Of a DNA stretch of 64,000 nucleotides, positions 1-9,369 are shown in pieces. The stretch is from positions 1 to 64,000 of the IMG/VR virus record IMGVR_UViG_3300022925_002539; one strand, written 5' to 3'. Within the stretch, counting starts at the first letter, position 1. Every line of letters begins with the position of its first letter. The position numbers were made by a program, and so were the translations under genes. Under the pieces are notes generated by a model. That model was not told the origin of the DNA. It searched no databases and saw nothing but the letters and a program-made list of their open reading frames with translations. This DNA comes from a virus.

Positions 1-4
1 AGAC

Positions 5-95
5 TAGGGCTGGCGCAGACAGCCTTATCAAGCGAATGACGGTAATCAAAGATTACTGACGGCGGAAAAGACCGCGGTATTGCTTCCCTCAAGCA
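5..95 (+). ncRNA. Structured 5' leader / candidate cis-regulatory RNA (truncated by window start)
   Basis: Four consecutive hairpins (5-27, 41-57, 62-75, 81-95) in a GC-richer stretch upstream of an AGGAG SD and ATG at 120. Confidence 0.45.
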
Positions 96-119
96 TATAA
101 CATTAATAGGAGACCAAAA

Positions 120-278
120 ATGGCTAAGAAGCTATCCAATACTCTTGTGACAATGTTTCGTAACATGTTTGAAACGAAAAGTGCTCAAGAGAAATACTTA
201 TCACAAAGCACAGATATTTGTGACTTAGAAAATAGAATGAAAAAATTACACACAACATACGGAAGGTTTGGTATATAA
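120..278 (+). CDS. DUF3563-like small protein (52 aa)
   Basis: Not in ORF track; MAKKLSN...EKYLSQSTDICDLENRMK matches the YL.qstDi.DLE.R pattern of DUF3563; AGGAG SD. Confidence 0.6.
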   Translation: MAKKLSNTLVTMFRNMFETKSAQEKYLSQSTDICDLENRMKKLHTTYGRFGI

Positions 279-279
279 A

Positions 280-456
280 ATGACTGCATTAGTATTAGGA
301 ACAAGAACTTTTTTACAAGATTTTTTAGTAGGCTGGAGTTTAGCCACAGGAAAAATTAATAAAACTTGCGAAAGAATAGGTAGAGTAAGAGCAGCTCAAA
401 CATTAGAGTGCTATGGTCACTATGATATAGCAAAGACATTAAGAGAAGGAAAATAA
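280..456 (+). CDS. hypothetical small protein
   Basis: ATG at 280 directly after the upstream stop; in frame with track ORF 268..456. Confidence 0.6.
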   Translation: MTALVLGTRTFLQDFLVGWSLATGKINKTCERIGRVRAAQTLECYGHYDIAKTLREGK

Positions 457-458
457 AA

Positions 459-554
459 ATGAAAGATTTTTTACAAGCAACTACAGGCGTATTAGCACTG
501 CTCGTAGTAGTAGGCGCAGTTGGTATTGTAAGTACTTTTCCGATTATAGCATAA
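459..554 (+). CDS. small single-TM peptide (31 aa)
   Basis: MKDFLQATTGVLALLVVVGAVGIVSTFPIIA; AAGGA SD; tightly packed with neighbours. Confidence 0.5.
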   Translation: MKDFLQATTGVLALLVVVGAVGIVSTFPIIA

Positions 555-602
555 GGTAAATATTATGTGGCCTTATACGGAAGAGGAAAGAGAATTTTAT
601 AA

Positions 603-863
603 TTGAAGACATTTTTTATAGTAGTCGTTATGTTAATGAGTCAACAATACCCTACAGAAGATTTATATATTTACGAAGAGCCAACTTTTGGTAGTGCAAG
701 TGCTTGTATAGCATTTGTTCAAGCAGAGGCCAATGGATTAGTACTAGGTGCTTCAGAGGCATATCAAGGCAGACCTGTAGATAATATATACTGTGCAGAG
801 GAAAAAGCACTGAAACGATTGCTAGAAGAAATGCGAAATGCAACGGGTGACGTAGCAATTTAA
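603..863 (+). CDS. hypothetical exported protein
   Basis: Hydrophobic N-terminus, F.s...C and C pair; TTG start with GAGG upstream. Confidence 0.6.
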   Translation: MKTFFIVVVMLMSQQYPTEDLYIYEEPTFGSASACIAFVQAEANGLVLGASEAYQGRPVDNIYCAEEKALKRLLEEMRNATGDVAI

Positions 864-866
864 TTA

Positions 867-890
867 AAGAGGGCTTAGGCCCTCTTTTTT
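867..890 (+). terminator. Rho-independent terminator
   Basis: aaagagggc-ttag-gccctcttt followed by a T-run. Confidence 0.85.
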
Positions 891-905
891 ATTTCAATAA
901 ATAAC

Positions 906-934
906 TTGACAGATAATTCAACACATAGTATTAT
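906..934 (+). promoter_or_regulatory. sigma70-like promoter
   Basis: TTGACA-N17-TATTAT, 6 nt before ATG 941. Confidence 0.7.
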
Positions 935-940
935 TAGTTT

Positions 941-1285
941 ATGAAAATTGTTTTAGCAACGGAACAGGATATCAAGCCTGTTAAGGATAGATACTTAGTT
1001 TTAGAATTAGATACTTTTCGTATCGAAGATCAAATAGTACCCAGTTGGTGTATAATAGATGCTGGTGATATTCCATTAGCAGAAATGACACAACTTGATC
1101 ACTTTAAAACTCAACATGAAAACTTAATTAAAAACTATAAAATAGGCAATCTTGATTTTGTAGAGCAAATGATTGAACATTTACAAGGTAAGTTTGGTGG
1201 AAATGTTGACAGTTTCTATACTGAACTATTTGCAAGGATGAAACAACCTAAAAGTGATCCCTGGGATTATATTATTACAAAATGA
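941..1285 (+). CDS. hypothetical; resembles the C-terminal part of class III nucleotide cyclases
   Basis: YLVLELDTFRI and L.GKFGG.VD.FY..L..R....WD motifs; no catalytic half. Confidence 0.45.
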   Translation: MKIVLATEQDIKPVKDRYLVLELDTFRIEDQIVPSWCIIDAGDIPLAEMTQLDHFKTQHENLIKNYKIGNLDFVEQMIEHLQGKFGGNVDSFYTELFARMKQPKSDPWDYIITK

Positions 1286-2247
1286 TTAACAACCTATACA
1301 TTAGTCATGAAGATTATAATTGGAATAATGGCAGTAATCTGTTAAACTACAAAAATTTAGATAAAGCAATATCCGGTAAAGAATACAAAGATTATTTTAC
1401 AAGCATAGTAGATGTTAAAGAAAAAAATATTAAAAAAGTTTGTAATGCTGCTGAAAAAATTATAATAAAAGATTTAAACTTATATGAAATGTGTAACCAT
1501 GATTATACAGATTCAAATTTTAATTACAATTTAAGTACTCTTATAAATTGTTTATATAAAGTAAAACACAAAGTAAGTGGATTAGATGATTGTGTACAAG
1601 ATGTAAATCTACAAAAATTTAATAGTTTACAGAATATAAGAAATACTACAGAAAAAGTTTTATGGACAGTTGGTTGTAGTTTTACTGCAGGTGAAGGTAT
1701 AGAAAACAATCAAAGGTATGGACACCTATTATCGGAATATCTTAACATTCATGAGATAAATTTATCTAGAAGTGCTTCTTGTAATAGTTGGGCAGCAAGT
1801 CAAATATTAAGATCTGATATAAAAAAAGGTGACATAGTTGTTTGGGGACTTACTAGTATGTACAGAGGCGAGTATTCAAAAGATTGGGAATTAAAGCCGT
1901 ATATGGCAATCAATTTAGTGAAAGAGTACAACTGGAATCCAGACTATTTTGATTCAACAACAAACAAAATACTTTACTACAGAGATATTTTGAATGTTAT
2001 AAACTTCTGCAGTAAGTTAGGTGCTAAGTTGTACCTTATAAATTTTTTAGAAGATGGCCTTACCCCTATTATATTTAAGGACTATAATAATTTTTTAGAT
2101 ATCTCATATAGTTATAATAATTATCAAAACAATTGGGACTTTGTAGATTATGGTACTGACAACTGTCATCCTGGTCCTAAACAACACATTATTTTTGCAG
2201 ATCATATATATAAATTTATAACAAAAAAAGAAAAGGAAATAATATAA
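1282..2247 (+). CDS. SGNH/GDSL-hydrolase-like protein
   Basis: GCSFTAG block I and C-terminal DNCHP motif. Confidence 0.55.
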   Translation: MINNLYISHEDYNWNNGSNLLNYKNLDKAISGKEYKDYFTSIVDVKEKNIKKVCNAAEKIIIKDLNLYEMCNHDYTDSNFNYNLSTLINCLYKVKHKVSGLDDCVQDVNLQKFNSLQNIRNTTEKVLWTVGCSFTAGEGIENNQRYGHLLSEYLNIHEINLSRSASCNSWAASQILRSDIKKGDIVVWGLTSMYRGEYSKDWELKPYMAINLVKEYNWNPDYFDSTTNKILYYRDILNVINFCSKLGAKLYLINFLEDGLTPIIFKDYNNFLDISYSYNNYQNNWDFVDYGTDNCHPGPKQHIIFADHIYKFITKKEKEII

Positions 2248-2451
2248 ATGTATCAAGGTAAAGGACATATTTGGAATAACCAATTTAACAAGGTATCAGA
2301 CTTTATGGAAAGATACTATAGAGCTCCAACAGATAGTGGTCCACGTCCTACTGCTCATTACAGACCAGAACTAAGACGTGCCGCTAGAATAGCATACAGA
2401 GTCGCTAAGAAAACCATTAAAGAATTACGTGCAAAACAAGCAATTAAGTAA
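2248..2451 (+). CDS. hypothetical protein
   Basis: ORF track; abuts neighbours. Confidence 0.55.
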   Translation: MYQGKGHIWNNQFNKVSDFMERYYRAPTDSGPRPTAHYRPELRRAARIAYRVAKKTIKELRAKQAIK

Positions 2452-2688
2452 ATGGTTGTACTTTTACCATATCCAAACGGAATGACGTATCCTGAAATGG
2501 GTGATGAACATAATATATTTCAGTATGCAAATGAAATACGTGATTATGTAAATAGAGTATGTAAAGGTCCTTGGACTAGCGGACATGAGGATGTATTACA
2601 AGCAGGTTTGAGAGTTAGACTAGGAAATGAAAAAGATTTATTCATGCTTAAAATGAAATATGGATTGGATATAGTACAAAATGTATGA
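2452..2688 (+). CDS. hypothetical protein
   Basis: ORF track; abuts neighbours. Confidence 0.55.
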   Translation: MVVLLPYPNGMTYPEMGDEHNIFQYANEIRDYVNRVCKGPWTSGHEDVLQAGLRVRLGNEKDLFMLKMKYGLDIVQNV

Positions 2689-3820
2689 AGACATAAAGTT
2701 AATACTAGACAAAGAACAACTAAGACAAGATACAACTATAGAATTAATTGCTAGTGAGAACTATGCAAGTCAAGCAGTAATGGACTTGTGTGGTAGTATT
2801 TTTACTAACAAGTATGCAGAAGGTTATCCACGTAAACGTTACTATAATGGTTGCGAGTATATGGATGAGGTTGAGCAACTTGCAATAGATTTAGTTTGCG
2901 AACTTTATGGTTGTGAGTATGCAAACGTGCAACCACATTCAGGTGTAAATGCAAACACTGCAGTTTATCAAGCATTTATGAAACCTGGTGATGTACTTAT
3001 GGGTATGGATCTAGCAAGTGGCGGACACTTATCACACGGTGCACCTCCTACTCTAAGTGGTAAGTTTTACAATGCAGTCACTTATGGTGTTGATGATAAT
3101 GGTTTACTTGACTACGATAAAATAGAAGGTATTGCAAAACTTAATATGCCTAAGTTAATTGTTGCAGGAGCAAGTGCATATCCAAGACAGATAGATTGGA
3201 GTGCATTTAGACAAATTGCTGACAGTGTAGGTGCAATATTATTAGTTGATATGGCACACTATAGTGGACTAGTCGCTGGTCAAGTATATGATAGTCCATT
3301 TGGTTATGCAGATGTAGTGACAAGCACTACACATAAAACACTTCGTGGACCTAGAGGTGGCATGATCTTATGGGATGATCCTAAATGGTGCAAACGTATT
3401 AATAGTGCAATATTTCCAGGCACACAAGGTGGACCACTTATGAACATAATTGCTGCAAAAGCACAATGTTACAGTGAAGCATTACTTCCTAGTTTTGAAC
3501 AGTATGCACACCAAGTGATCAAAAATGCAAAAGTAATGTGCGAGGTATTTGAAGCACGTGGTTTTCCTGTACAAACAGGTGGCACAGATAGTCATATTAT
3601 ATTAATGGATTTAAGCAAAAGTAAGCATAGTGGTAGACAAGCTGCAGACTTACTGGAAGAAAATGGTATTACTGTTAATAAAAATGGTGTACCAAATGAT
3701 CCACGTAGTTTTGTAGAAACAAGTGGTATAAGAATAGGCACTGCCGCTGAAACTACAAAAGGTCATAAAGAAGATTTCTTTATTAACTTAGCAGGAAAAA
3801 TTTGTACAATACTAGGATAA
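2681..3820 (+). CDS. glyA: serine hydroxymethyltransferase
   Basis: LIASENY, NKYAEGYP, GGHLSHG, TTHKTLRGPRGG (PLP lysine), FPGTQGGP. Confidence 0.97.
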   Translation: MYEDIKLILDKEQLRQDTTIELIASENYASQAVMDLCGSIFTNKYAEGYPRKRYYNGCEYMDEVEQLAIDLVCELYGCEYANVQPHSGVNANTAVYQAFMKPGDVLMGMDLASGGHLSHGAPPTLSGKFYNAVTYGVDDNGLLDYDKIEGIAKLNMPKLIVAGASAYPRQIDWSAFRQIADSVGAILLVDMAHYSGLVAGQVYDSPFGYADVVTSTTHKTLRGPRGGMILWDDPKWCKRINSAIFPGTQGGPLMNIIAAKAQCYSEALLPSFEQYAHQVIKNAKVMCEVFEARGFPVQTGGTDSHIILMDLSKSKHSGRQAADLLEENGITVNKNGVPNDPRSFVETSGIRIGTAAETTKGHKEDFFINLAGKICTILG

Positions 3821-3824
3821 AACA

Positions 3825-4049
3825 ATGACAGTAACATATATGAAAGAAGGTTCACCTAAAAGTTGGGATAAAAGTTTACGTGTTTATGAGGTTACCTGGC
3901 CTAGTGGCAAAAAGGAAATCTGGAAAGATATCAATGCACGTGATTGTTTAACACGTTACGAAAACATGGATCCAATAGGCAACGGATTACAACTGCGTGA
4001 AATAGTTGGCAAAGAACTACAAATGCAAAAAATAATGGATAGCAAATGA
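3825..4049 (+). CDS. hypothetical protein
   Basis: ORF track. Confidence 0.55.
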   Translation: MTVTYMKEGSPKSWDKSLRVYEVTWPSGKKEIWKDINARDCLTRYENMDPIGNGLQLREIVGKELQMQKIMDSK

Positions 4050-5215
4050 AAGCATTAGTCATTGGTGCAGGTATAACCGGAGTTACTACCGCTTACTATC
4101 TAGCACGAGCAGACTATGATGTCACTATATGTGATGAAAGAAAATATCCAGCTATGGCTACCAGTTATGCTAATGGTGGACAACTAAGTGCAAGCAATGC
4201 TGAAACATGGAATAGCTGGCGTAATATTAAAAAAGGCATAAAGTGGTTAACACAACCTGATGCTCCTTTAAAAATAAACTTAACTCCTGAGTTAGACAAA
4301 TATAGTTGGTTTGTAAAGTTTATGCTTGAAATAAAAAATCGAGAAGTTAACTCTATTGAAACTTGTCGGATGGCTTTAGAAGCACACAAACTTTATAAGG
4401 ATATTGCAGACGAAGAAGGTATTAAATTTGATAAAGTAGAAAAAGGTATACTTCATGTATATACTAAAGATGAAGAATTTAACCTTGCTAAAAAAACAAA
4501 TGACTTATACAGACGTGCAGGGTTAGACAGATGGGAAGTAAGTCCACAAGAAATCAACAAGATAGAACCTGCACTAAGTAATCCTGATATAATTGGTGGA
4601 TATTATAACACTAGTGATTTTACAGGTGATATACACAAGTTCTGTGTTGAACTGACAAAAGTTTTAAAAAACAAATACAGTGTAGTATTTACAAGTAAAC
4701 CTGTTAATAGATTAGATTATAATGGGCCAGTAGTTGTATGTGCAGGCGTTGGTAGTAGGAAACTTGCAAACACTATAGAAGAGGATTTACCAATTTATCC
4801 TGTAAAAGGTTATTCAATTACAATAAACAATCCAGGTAATGCTCCGTGGGTAAGTTTATTAGACGATGAAGCCAAAATAGTTACTGCGAGACTGGGCAAG
4901 AATAGATTACGAGTAGCAGGTACTGCAGAATTTAATGGGTATAATACAGATATAGTACAAGCAAGAATAAGACCATTAATACGTTGGTCAGAACGTATGT
5001 TTCAAGATATAAACACAGAAGATATAAAACCCTGGGCAGGGCTAAGACCTATGACACCTAGTATGATGCCTATAGTCAAACAAAGTAAAACAAGATCAAA
5101 TGTATGGTATAATACAGGACATGGTCATTTGGGTTGGACTTTGAGTGCTTATACTGCACAAACAATTGTAGAAAAAATTAGAGGCTACAATGGACCTTTT
5201 TACTCATATAGATAG
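4046..5215 (+). CDS. dadA: D-amino acid dehydrogenase (FAD-dependent)
   Basis: GAGITG FAD motif, TSYANGGQLS, PIYPVKGYSIT, WAGLRPMTP, NTGHGHLGWT. Confidence 0.9.
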   Translation: MKALVIGAGITGVTTAYYLARADYDVTICDERKYPAMATSYANGGQLSASNAETWNSWRNIKKGIKWLTQPDAPLKINLTPELDKYSWFVKFMLEIKNREVNSIETCRMALEAHKLYKDIADEEGIKFDKVEKGILHVYTKDEEFNLAKKTNDLYRRAGLDRWEVSPQEINKIEPALSNPDIIGGYYNTSDFTGDIHKFCVELTKVLKNKYSVVFTSKPVNRLDYNGPVVVCAGVGSRKLANTIEEDLPIYPVKGYSITINNPGNAPWVSLLDDEAKIVTARLGKNRLRVAGTAEFNGYNTDIVQARIRPLIRWSERMFQDINTEDIKPWAGLRPMTPSMMPIVKQSKTRSNVWYNTGHGHLGWTLSAYTAQTIVEKIRGYNGPFYSYR

Positions 5216-5243
5216 TTGACAAATCTATAAATTAGTATATACT
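5216..5243 (+). promoter_or_regulatory. sigma70-like promoter
   Basis: TTGACA-N16-TATACT upstream of an AAGGAG SD. Confidence 0.6.
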
Positions 5244-5266
5244 CTTTATATAGTTAAGGAGTTGAC

Positions 5267-5638
5267 ATGAGTATGCATTTACTTGGTCCTTGGATGACCA
5301 CTACAAAATATAATCGTAAAAAGAATAAACGTACACCCGGTGAACGAGAATTACAATCTCGTTCAGAGCATGACAAGTGGCTTAAAAAGATGGGTGCCCA
5401 TCCTAGCCAGAGAACAAAAGCAAATACTAATGCTGGCAATAAAATTCCCAACTATAGAGAACATCAAGGTACTGCACAATGTAGTAATAACGTTGTGGGC
5501 AGTACTGCTAAGAAACCTGAACAACAGTATACTGGTGATCAACTTGCAGGTATTGGCATGCTACATAAGAGCAATATGGTTCCTGTACGTAAAGACAGTA
5601 ATGATGCAAAAGAAATTGCGAGGATGCGTCGAGGTTGA
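5267..5638 (+). CDS. conserved T4-like phage hypothetical protein
   Basis: C-terminal YTG....GI..LHKSN.VPV motif. Confidence 0.65.
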   Translation: MSMHLLGPWMTTTKYNRKKNKRTPGERELQSRSEHDKWLKKMGAHPSQRTKANTNAGNKIPNYREHQGTAQCSNNVVGSTAKKPEQQYTGDQLAGIGMLHKSNMVPVRKDSNDAKEIARMRRG

Positions 5639-6762
5639 TAGATCACTTATATAAAATTTGGAATATAAAAGATCAATACGTTGTAGCAGATCAGTTTACT
5701 GGATATGAAAGTATCTATAATAAACTTGACAGTTACACAAAAGAGCAGTACGATAAAGATCCACAAGCAGTAATAGATGAAGTTTTCGAACTGTATAGAA
5801 GTATAGGTTTAGTACCTATTGTATATTATACTCAAGCAGGGCTAGTACAAGCAGTAAAAACATTTTCACAACAGTCTTACAATGGTGTGAACAATAGTGT
5901 AATAGGATTAGGAAATAATCGAGGACAAACTATAAACAGGTTCTTATTTCCTAATATGATGACTGCAGAGCCTAAAGGTAGAGGTAGTAACAGTTTACGT
6001 GATAGGTTTTGGAACGATGCTAAACTAAAACGTGCAATTCGTATTTGTTTTGAATTTAGAACTGGTGATAAGTTATTAAGACCTACACAATTAAGAACTG
6101 CACTTGAACTAGTGACTGGTGAAAATGTTACCAATTTTAAAGCACAGAATGCTAAAGCAATAGCGGAACACTTGTGTCCTGTGCTTTGGGGCAGAGTGTA
6201 TGATTACAGTTGTGGCTATGGTGGAAGATTGTTAGGTATAGGTTCAAGTAATTTCAAATATGATTATATAGGCGTAGAACCTAATACTGAAACTGTAAAA
6301 TATCTTAATTATTTAAATGATATCGTCGATGAAGCAACAGGTGTAAGAGGTACTATCGTACAAAGTGTAAGCGAAGAATATCAACCTGAGGACATAGATT
6401 TAGCATTTAGTAGTCCTCCTTATTTTAACTTGGAGAAATATTCAGATGAAGAGACACAGTGTATGGTACAATTTAAAACAGAAGATGAATGGTTTGACGG
6501 ATACGTTGTACCGACCATGGAACACATACATAGAGGACTCAATAGAGAAGGACTTTTCGCAACTAACATCGCTGACTACAAAAGTTACGACAGAAAAGAA
6601 CCCTACGAGGTTACACAAAGATGGATCAACACTGCAGAAAAACTAGGATTCAAACACATACAAACAATTAAGATGATGCTTACTACAAGACCTGGTGTGG
6701 GCAATGATCGTAAAGAAGGAAGAGAAAAATGGGAGGGTGTATATGTCTTCAGTAAATTATAA
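5635..6762 (+). CDS. DNA amino-methyltransferase (m6A/m4C)
   Basis: Motif I DYSCGYGGR followed by motif IV SSPPYF. Confidence 0.85.
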   Translation: MIDHLYKIWNIKDQYVVADQFTGYESIYNKLDSYTKEQYDKDPQAVIDEVFELYRSIGLVPIVYYTQAGLVQAVKTFSQQSYNGVNNSVIGLGNNRGQTINRFLFPNMMTAEPKGRGSNSLRDRFWNDAKLKRAIRICFEFRTGDKLLRPTQLRTALELVTGENVTNFKAQNAKAIAEHLCPVLWGRVYDYSCGYGGRLLGIGSSNFKYDYIGVEPNTETVKYLNYLNDIVDEATGVRGTIVQSVSEEYQPEDIDLAFSSPPYFNLEKYSDEETQCMVQFKTEDEWFDGYVVPTMEHIHRGLNREGLFATNIADYKSYDRKEPYEVTQRWINTAEKLGFKHIQTIKMMLTTRPGVGNDRKEGREKWEGVYVFSKL

Positions 6763-7078
6763 AGTTACTACAAAAGTTCATTTTGATGGTAATAGATATG
6801 TCCACTTTGATAGCAAATATAAAGATCCAAAAGGTAGACGTTGTTATGCGGTAGTGTTCAACGATTTAAGTTTAAACGATATAATGTGTTTAACACCTAA
6901 GCAAGTAATGATGTTAAAAATTGCAAAAGGTGACCAAATCGATATAAAGGATTGGACAGAGTTTTATGGTATTACTCCTGATATGGTTGAGAATATGGAA
7001 CCTACAAAATATGGTGTTTCTATGCAATGTAAATATACATTTGAGGAAGTACTAGCACACAAAAGTAATATAAATTAA
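6743..7078 (+). CDS. hypothetical protein
   Basis: In frame with track ORF; start moved to ATG 6743 after a GGAGG SD. Confidence 0.55.
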   Translation: MSSVNYKVTTKVHFDGNRYVHFDSKYKDPKGRRCYAVVFNDLSLNDIMCLTPKQVMMLKIAKGDQIDIKDWTEFYGITPDMVENMEPTKYGVSMQCKYTFEEVLAHKSNIN

Positions 7079-7092
7079 TTTTTATAAAAGGG

Positions 7093-7159
7093 TTGACAGA
7101 ACATACAACATATAGTATTATATAAACATAATAAAAAAATAAATAACAACATATAGTAT
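7093..7159 (+). promoter_or_regulatory. sigma70 promoter with tandem NrdR-box-like sites
   Basis: TTGACA-N17-TATTAT (7093-7121); ACAACATATAGTAT at 7105 and 7146, 41 bp apart. Confidence 0.6.
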
Positions 7160-7172
7160 AAGGACCAAAAAT

Positions 7173-7421
7173 ATGAAAAATATAGCAGTTTTAAAGAAAT
7201 TTTCAAGTTACATGTTAGGCGCATTAATAGGTGGTGCATTGTTTTTAGGTGTTATAAAACTAACATCTATGTACTTTGGAGATCCATATTATGGACTAAT
7301 AGGAATGCTTGGTTTAGTTTTTATTTGGTTTACCTGGTCAATGAGTGTTAGTCAAGTTGAAAGTGAACAAAGAGAAGCACAATATGCTAAAGAAAGAGAA
7401 AAACTTAACTTAAAAGCCTAA
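7173..7421 (+). CDS. two-TM membrane protein
   Basis: Two hydrophobic segments and a charged C-terminal tail; AAGGA SD. Confidence 0.65.
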   Translation: MKNIAVLKKFSSYMLGALIGGALFLGVIKLTSMYFGDPYYGLIGMLGLVFIWFTWSMSVSQVESEQREAQYAKEREKLNLKA

Positions 7422-8532
7422 TATTATTTTCTAATTCCCCTAGGACAATGGCGGGTATGTTTTCGTAAAAATGATGAAAGTTATGTTCGAGAACTCCCGC
7501 CATTTCCATACGTAATTTTTCTAACTCACTTATATCTTTACCGCCAATATCATTTATAATTTTTGCAATAGCCTGTAAACGTTGTGTAGGGTCTTCTATA
7601 CCATCATAACTTTCGTCCCACCAATCACCAAATGTTTTAAAACCATAACTTTGTAAATATTTCAAACTGCCTGGTGCTTGAACTACTACAAATGGTTGAT
7701 GCATTACTACAGGTTTAAATATTTTTTCTGTAAAATGTATTTTATCTTGCCATACTGTTTCATTTACAACATGTAAAAAACTTGTATTCCAAGGATTTAA
7801 ATCGTCAATACTTATCTCGGCACTTTGATTTTCATGAGTATCAAAACTATGTGCTTGTACAGGACCAGTATATATCAATCCATTAGGATCTGGATTTGCT
7901 AAACTATAACATCCTCGTTTCAAATCTAACAACTCTAACAAATCTGTTCTATGTTGACGTAAAAGTCTGTTTGCACTTAACCATCTATATTTTATAGGTC
8001 TTGATTTGTAGTGTGTAAACATTTTTAATTTTTTATAATGTTTAAAATAAAATTCACTACAGATGTATGCATGTGCAAACCAGTGTACGTTTTTGATGTT
8101 TCTTCCTGCTAGTTTAGCTATGTCCTTACTATTAAGTTCACTATGTAAAACAATTGTGTGTCTATTATCATTGAATGCTTGTAAAAAATCCCAAAAAAAC
8201 TTATCGAGATTAACATCTATTGGTTCCCAACTGTGTTGGTAAAAGTTATAGTTTGTGTATTTTCGTAATTTATCTGGATTATGTAATCCATATATCCATT
8301 TTTCGTTATGGAAAAAATATTTTTTTGAACCTTTCTCAAATATATCTGGAGTTTTATGCCATCTTGGAAGAGGTAACGCTTCTAGATGCTTGTCATGCAA
8401 AAACTTCCAATGCTCTTGTAAATTATGATTGTATCTTATATTGTCAGGAAAATACATTAAGCAATAATCATCTTTAAACTGATTGCTAATTATATCTTCT
8501 GTAATGTGATTGATTAGTGTATAAGGTTCCAT
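7405..8532 (-). CDS. putative glycosyltransferase-like protein (paralog of 55239..56444)
   Basis: VVNET...TEKIFKP...QPF...L...GFKTF..WWDESYD motif. Confidence 0.55.
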   Translation of the reverse strand: MEPYTLINHITEDIISNQFKDDYCLMYFPDNIRYNHNLQEHWKFLHDKHLEALPLPRWHKTPDIFEKGSKKYFFHNEKWIYGLHNPDKLRKYTNYNFYQHSWEPIDVNLDKFFWDFLQAFNDNRHTIVLHSELNSKDIAKLAGRNIKNVHWFAHAYICSEFYFKHYKKLKMFTHYKSRPIKYRWLSANRLLRQHRTDLLELLDLKRGCYSLANPDPNGLIYTGPVQAHSFDTHENQSAEISIDDLNPWNTSFLHVVNETVWQDKIHFTEKIFKPVVMHQPFVVVQAPGSLKYLQSYGFKTFGDWWDESYDGIEDPTQRLQAIAKIINDIGGKDISELEKLRMEMAGVLEHNFHHFYENIPAIVLGELENNIRLLS

Positions 8533-8602
8533 TATATGCGTATATTTATACTAGTATAATTCTCGTTTTGAGAAAATAAATACAGTACCCCAGAGGAGAG
8601 AC

Positions 8603-9334
8603 ATGTCAAAGAAAATTAAGTCCTGTAATTCTTATCTTGCTAGTATAACAGAAATAGGTAAGAACTTCAATAATATTGCAGAAATAAAAACAAAAAGTAT
8701 GTTATCTAATTTTCCAGAAATAGATGTTTCTCAAAATAGATTTCTCGTAATTGGTCCTAATATAATTCCTTGGGGATTATACAAAATGGGTGGTGACGTC
8801 ACTGTGATAGATGGTATAAAAAACTATGGTGATGTTGAGTGTGAATGCAAACACTATGACGGAGAAATAGCAGACTTTGTTGCACAAGGAATAAAGTTTG
8901 ATTATGTAATAGCACCTGATGAATTACTTACATATGCTCACACCGAGACTGAACAAAAACAAATGTTAAGTATAATAAGTAAAATTTCAGATAAAGCGTT
9001 TGTTACTACAATCAAAGATTACAAAAATATGTACGCCAATCAACGTTACTTTGAGGAACCCTTTACACTAAGGACCAGTCAAGGAAGTGCAATAGTTATA
9101 AGAAAACGTGAATGGGATCAAGTTGATAGACAAGCATGGATACAAGAAAACTATATTATACATAATGACGAGTTGATAATTTGTGAGCCTAGAAATAGAC
9201 GTACAATGTATTTTAAACAACTTGCAAAATTTAGCAGTGATCTAGGCAGTAAAAGTTATACTGTAGACAAAAAGATTATGTATAAACCTGCATTTAGTAA
9301 AACATTCGAATACATAGTTACCATAAAATTCTAA
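8603..9334 (+). CDS. hypothetical, possibly degenerate methyltransferase fold
   Basis: ORF track; TAAATA promoter at 8577 and GAGGAG SD. Confidence 0.45.
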   Translation: MSKKIKSCNSYLASITEIGKNFNNIAEIKTKSMLSNFPEIDVSQNRFLVIGPNIIPWGLYKMGGDVTVIDGIKNYGDVECECKHYDGEIADFVAQGIKFDYVIAPDELLTYAHTETEQKQMLSIISKISDKAFVTTIKDYKNMYANQRYFEEPFTLRTSQGSAIVIRKREWDQVDRQAWIQENYIIHNDELIICEPRNRRTMYFKQLAKFSSDLGSKSYTVDKKIMYKPAFSKTFEYIVTIKF

Positions 9335-9369
9335 AATAAATATAGTAGTATATAATTCAAGGAGCAACA

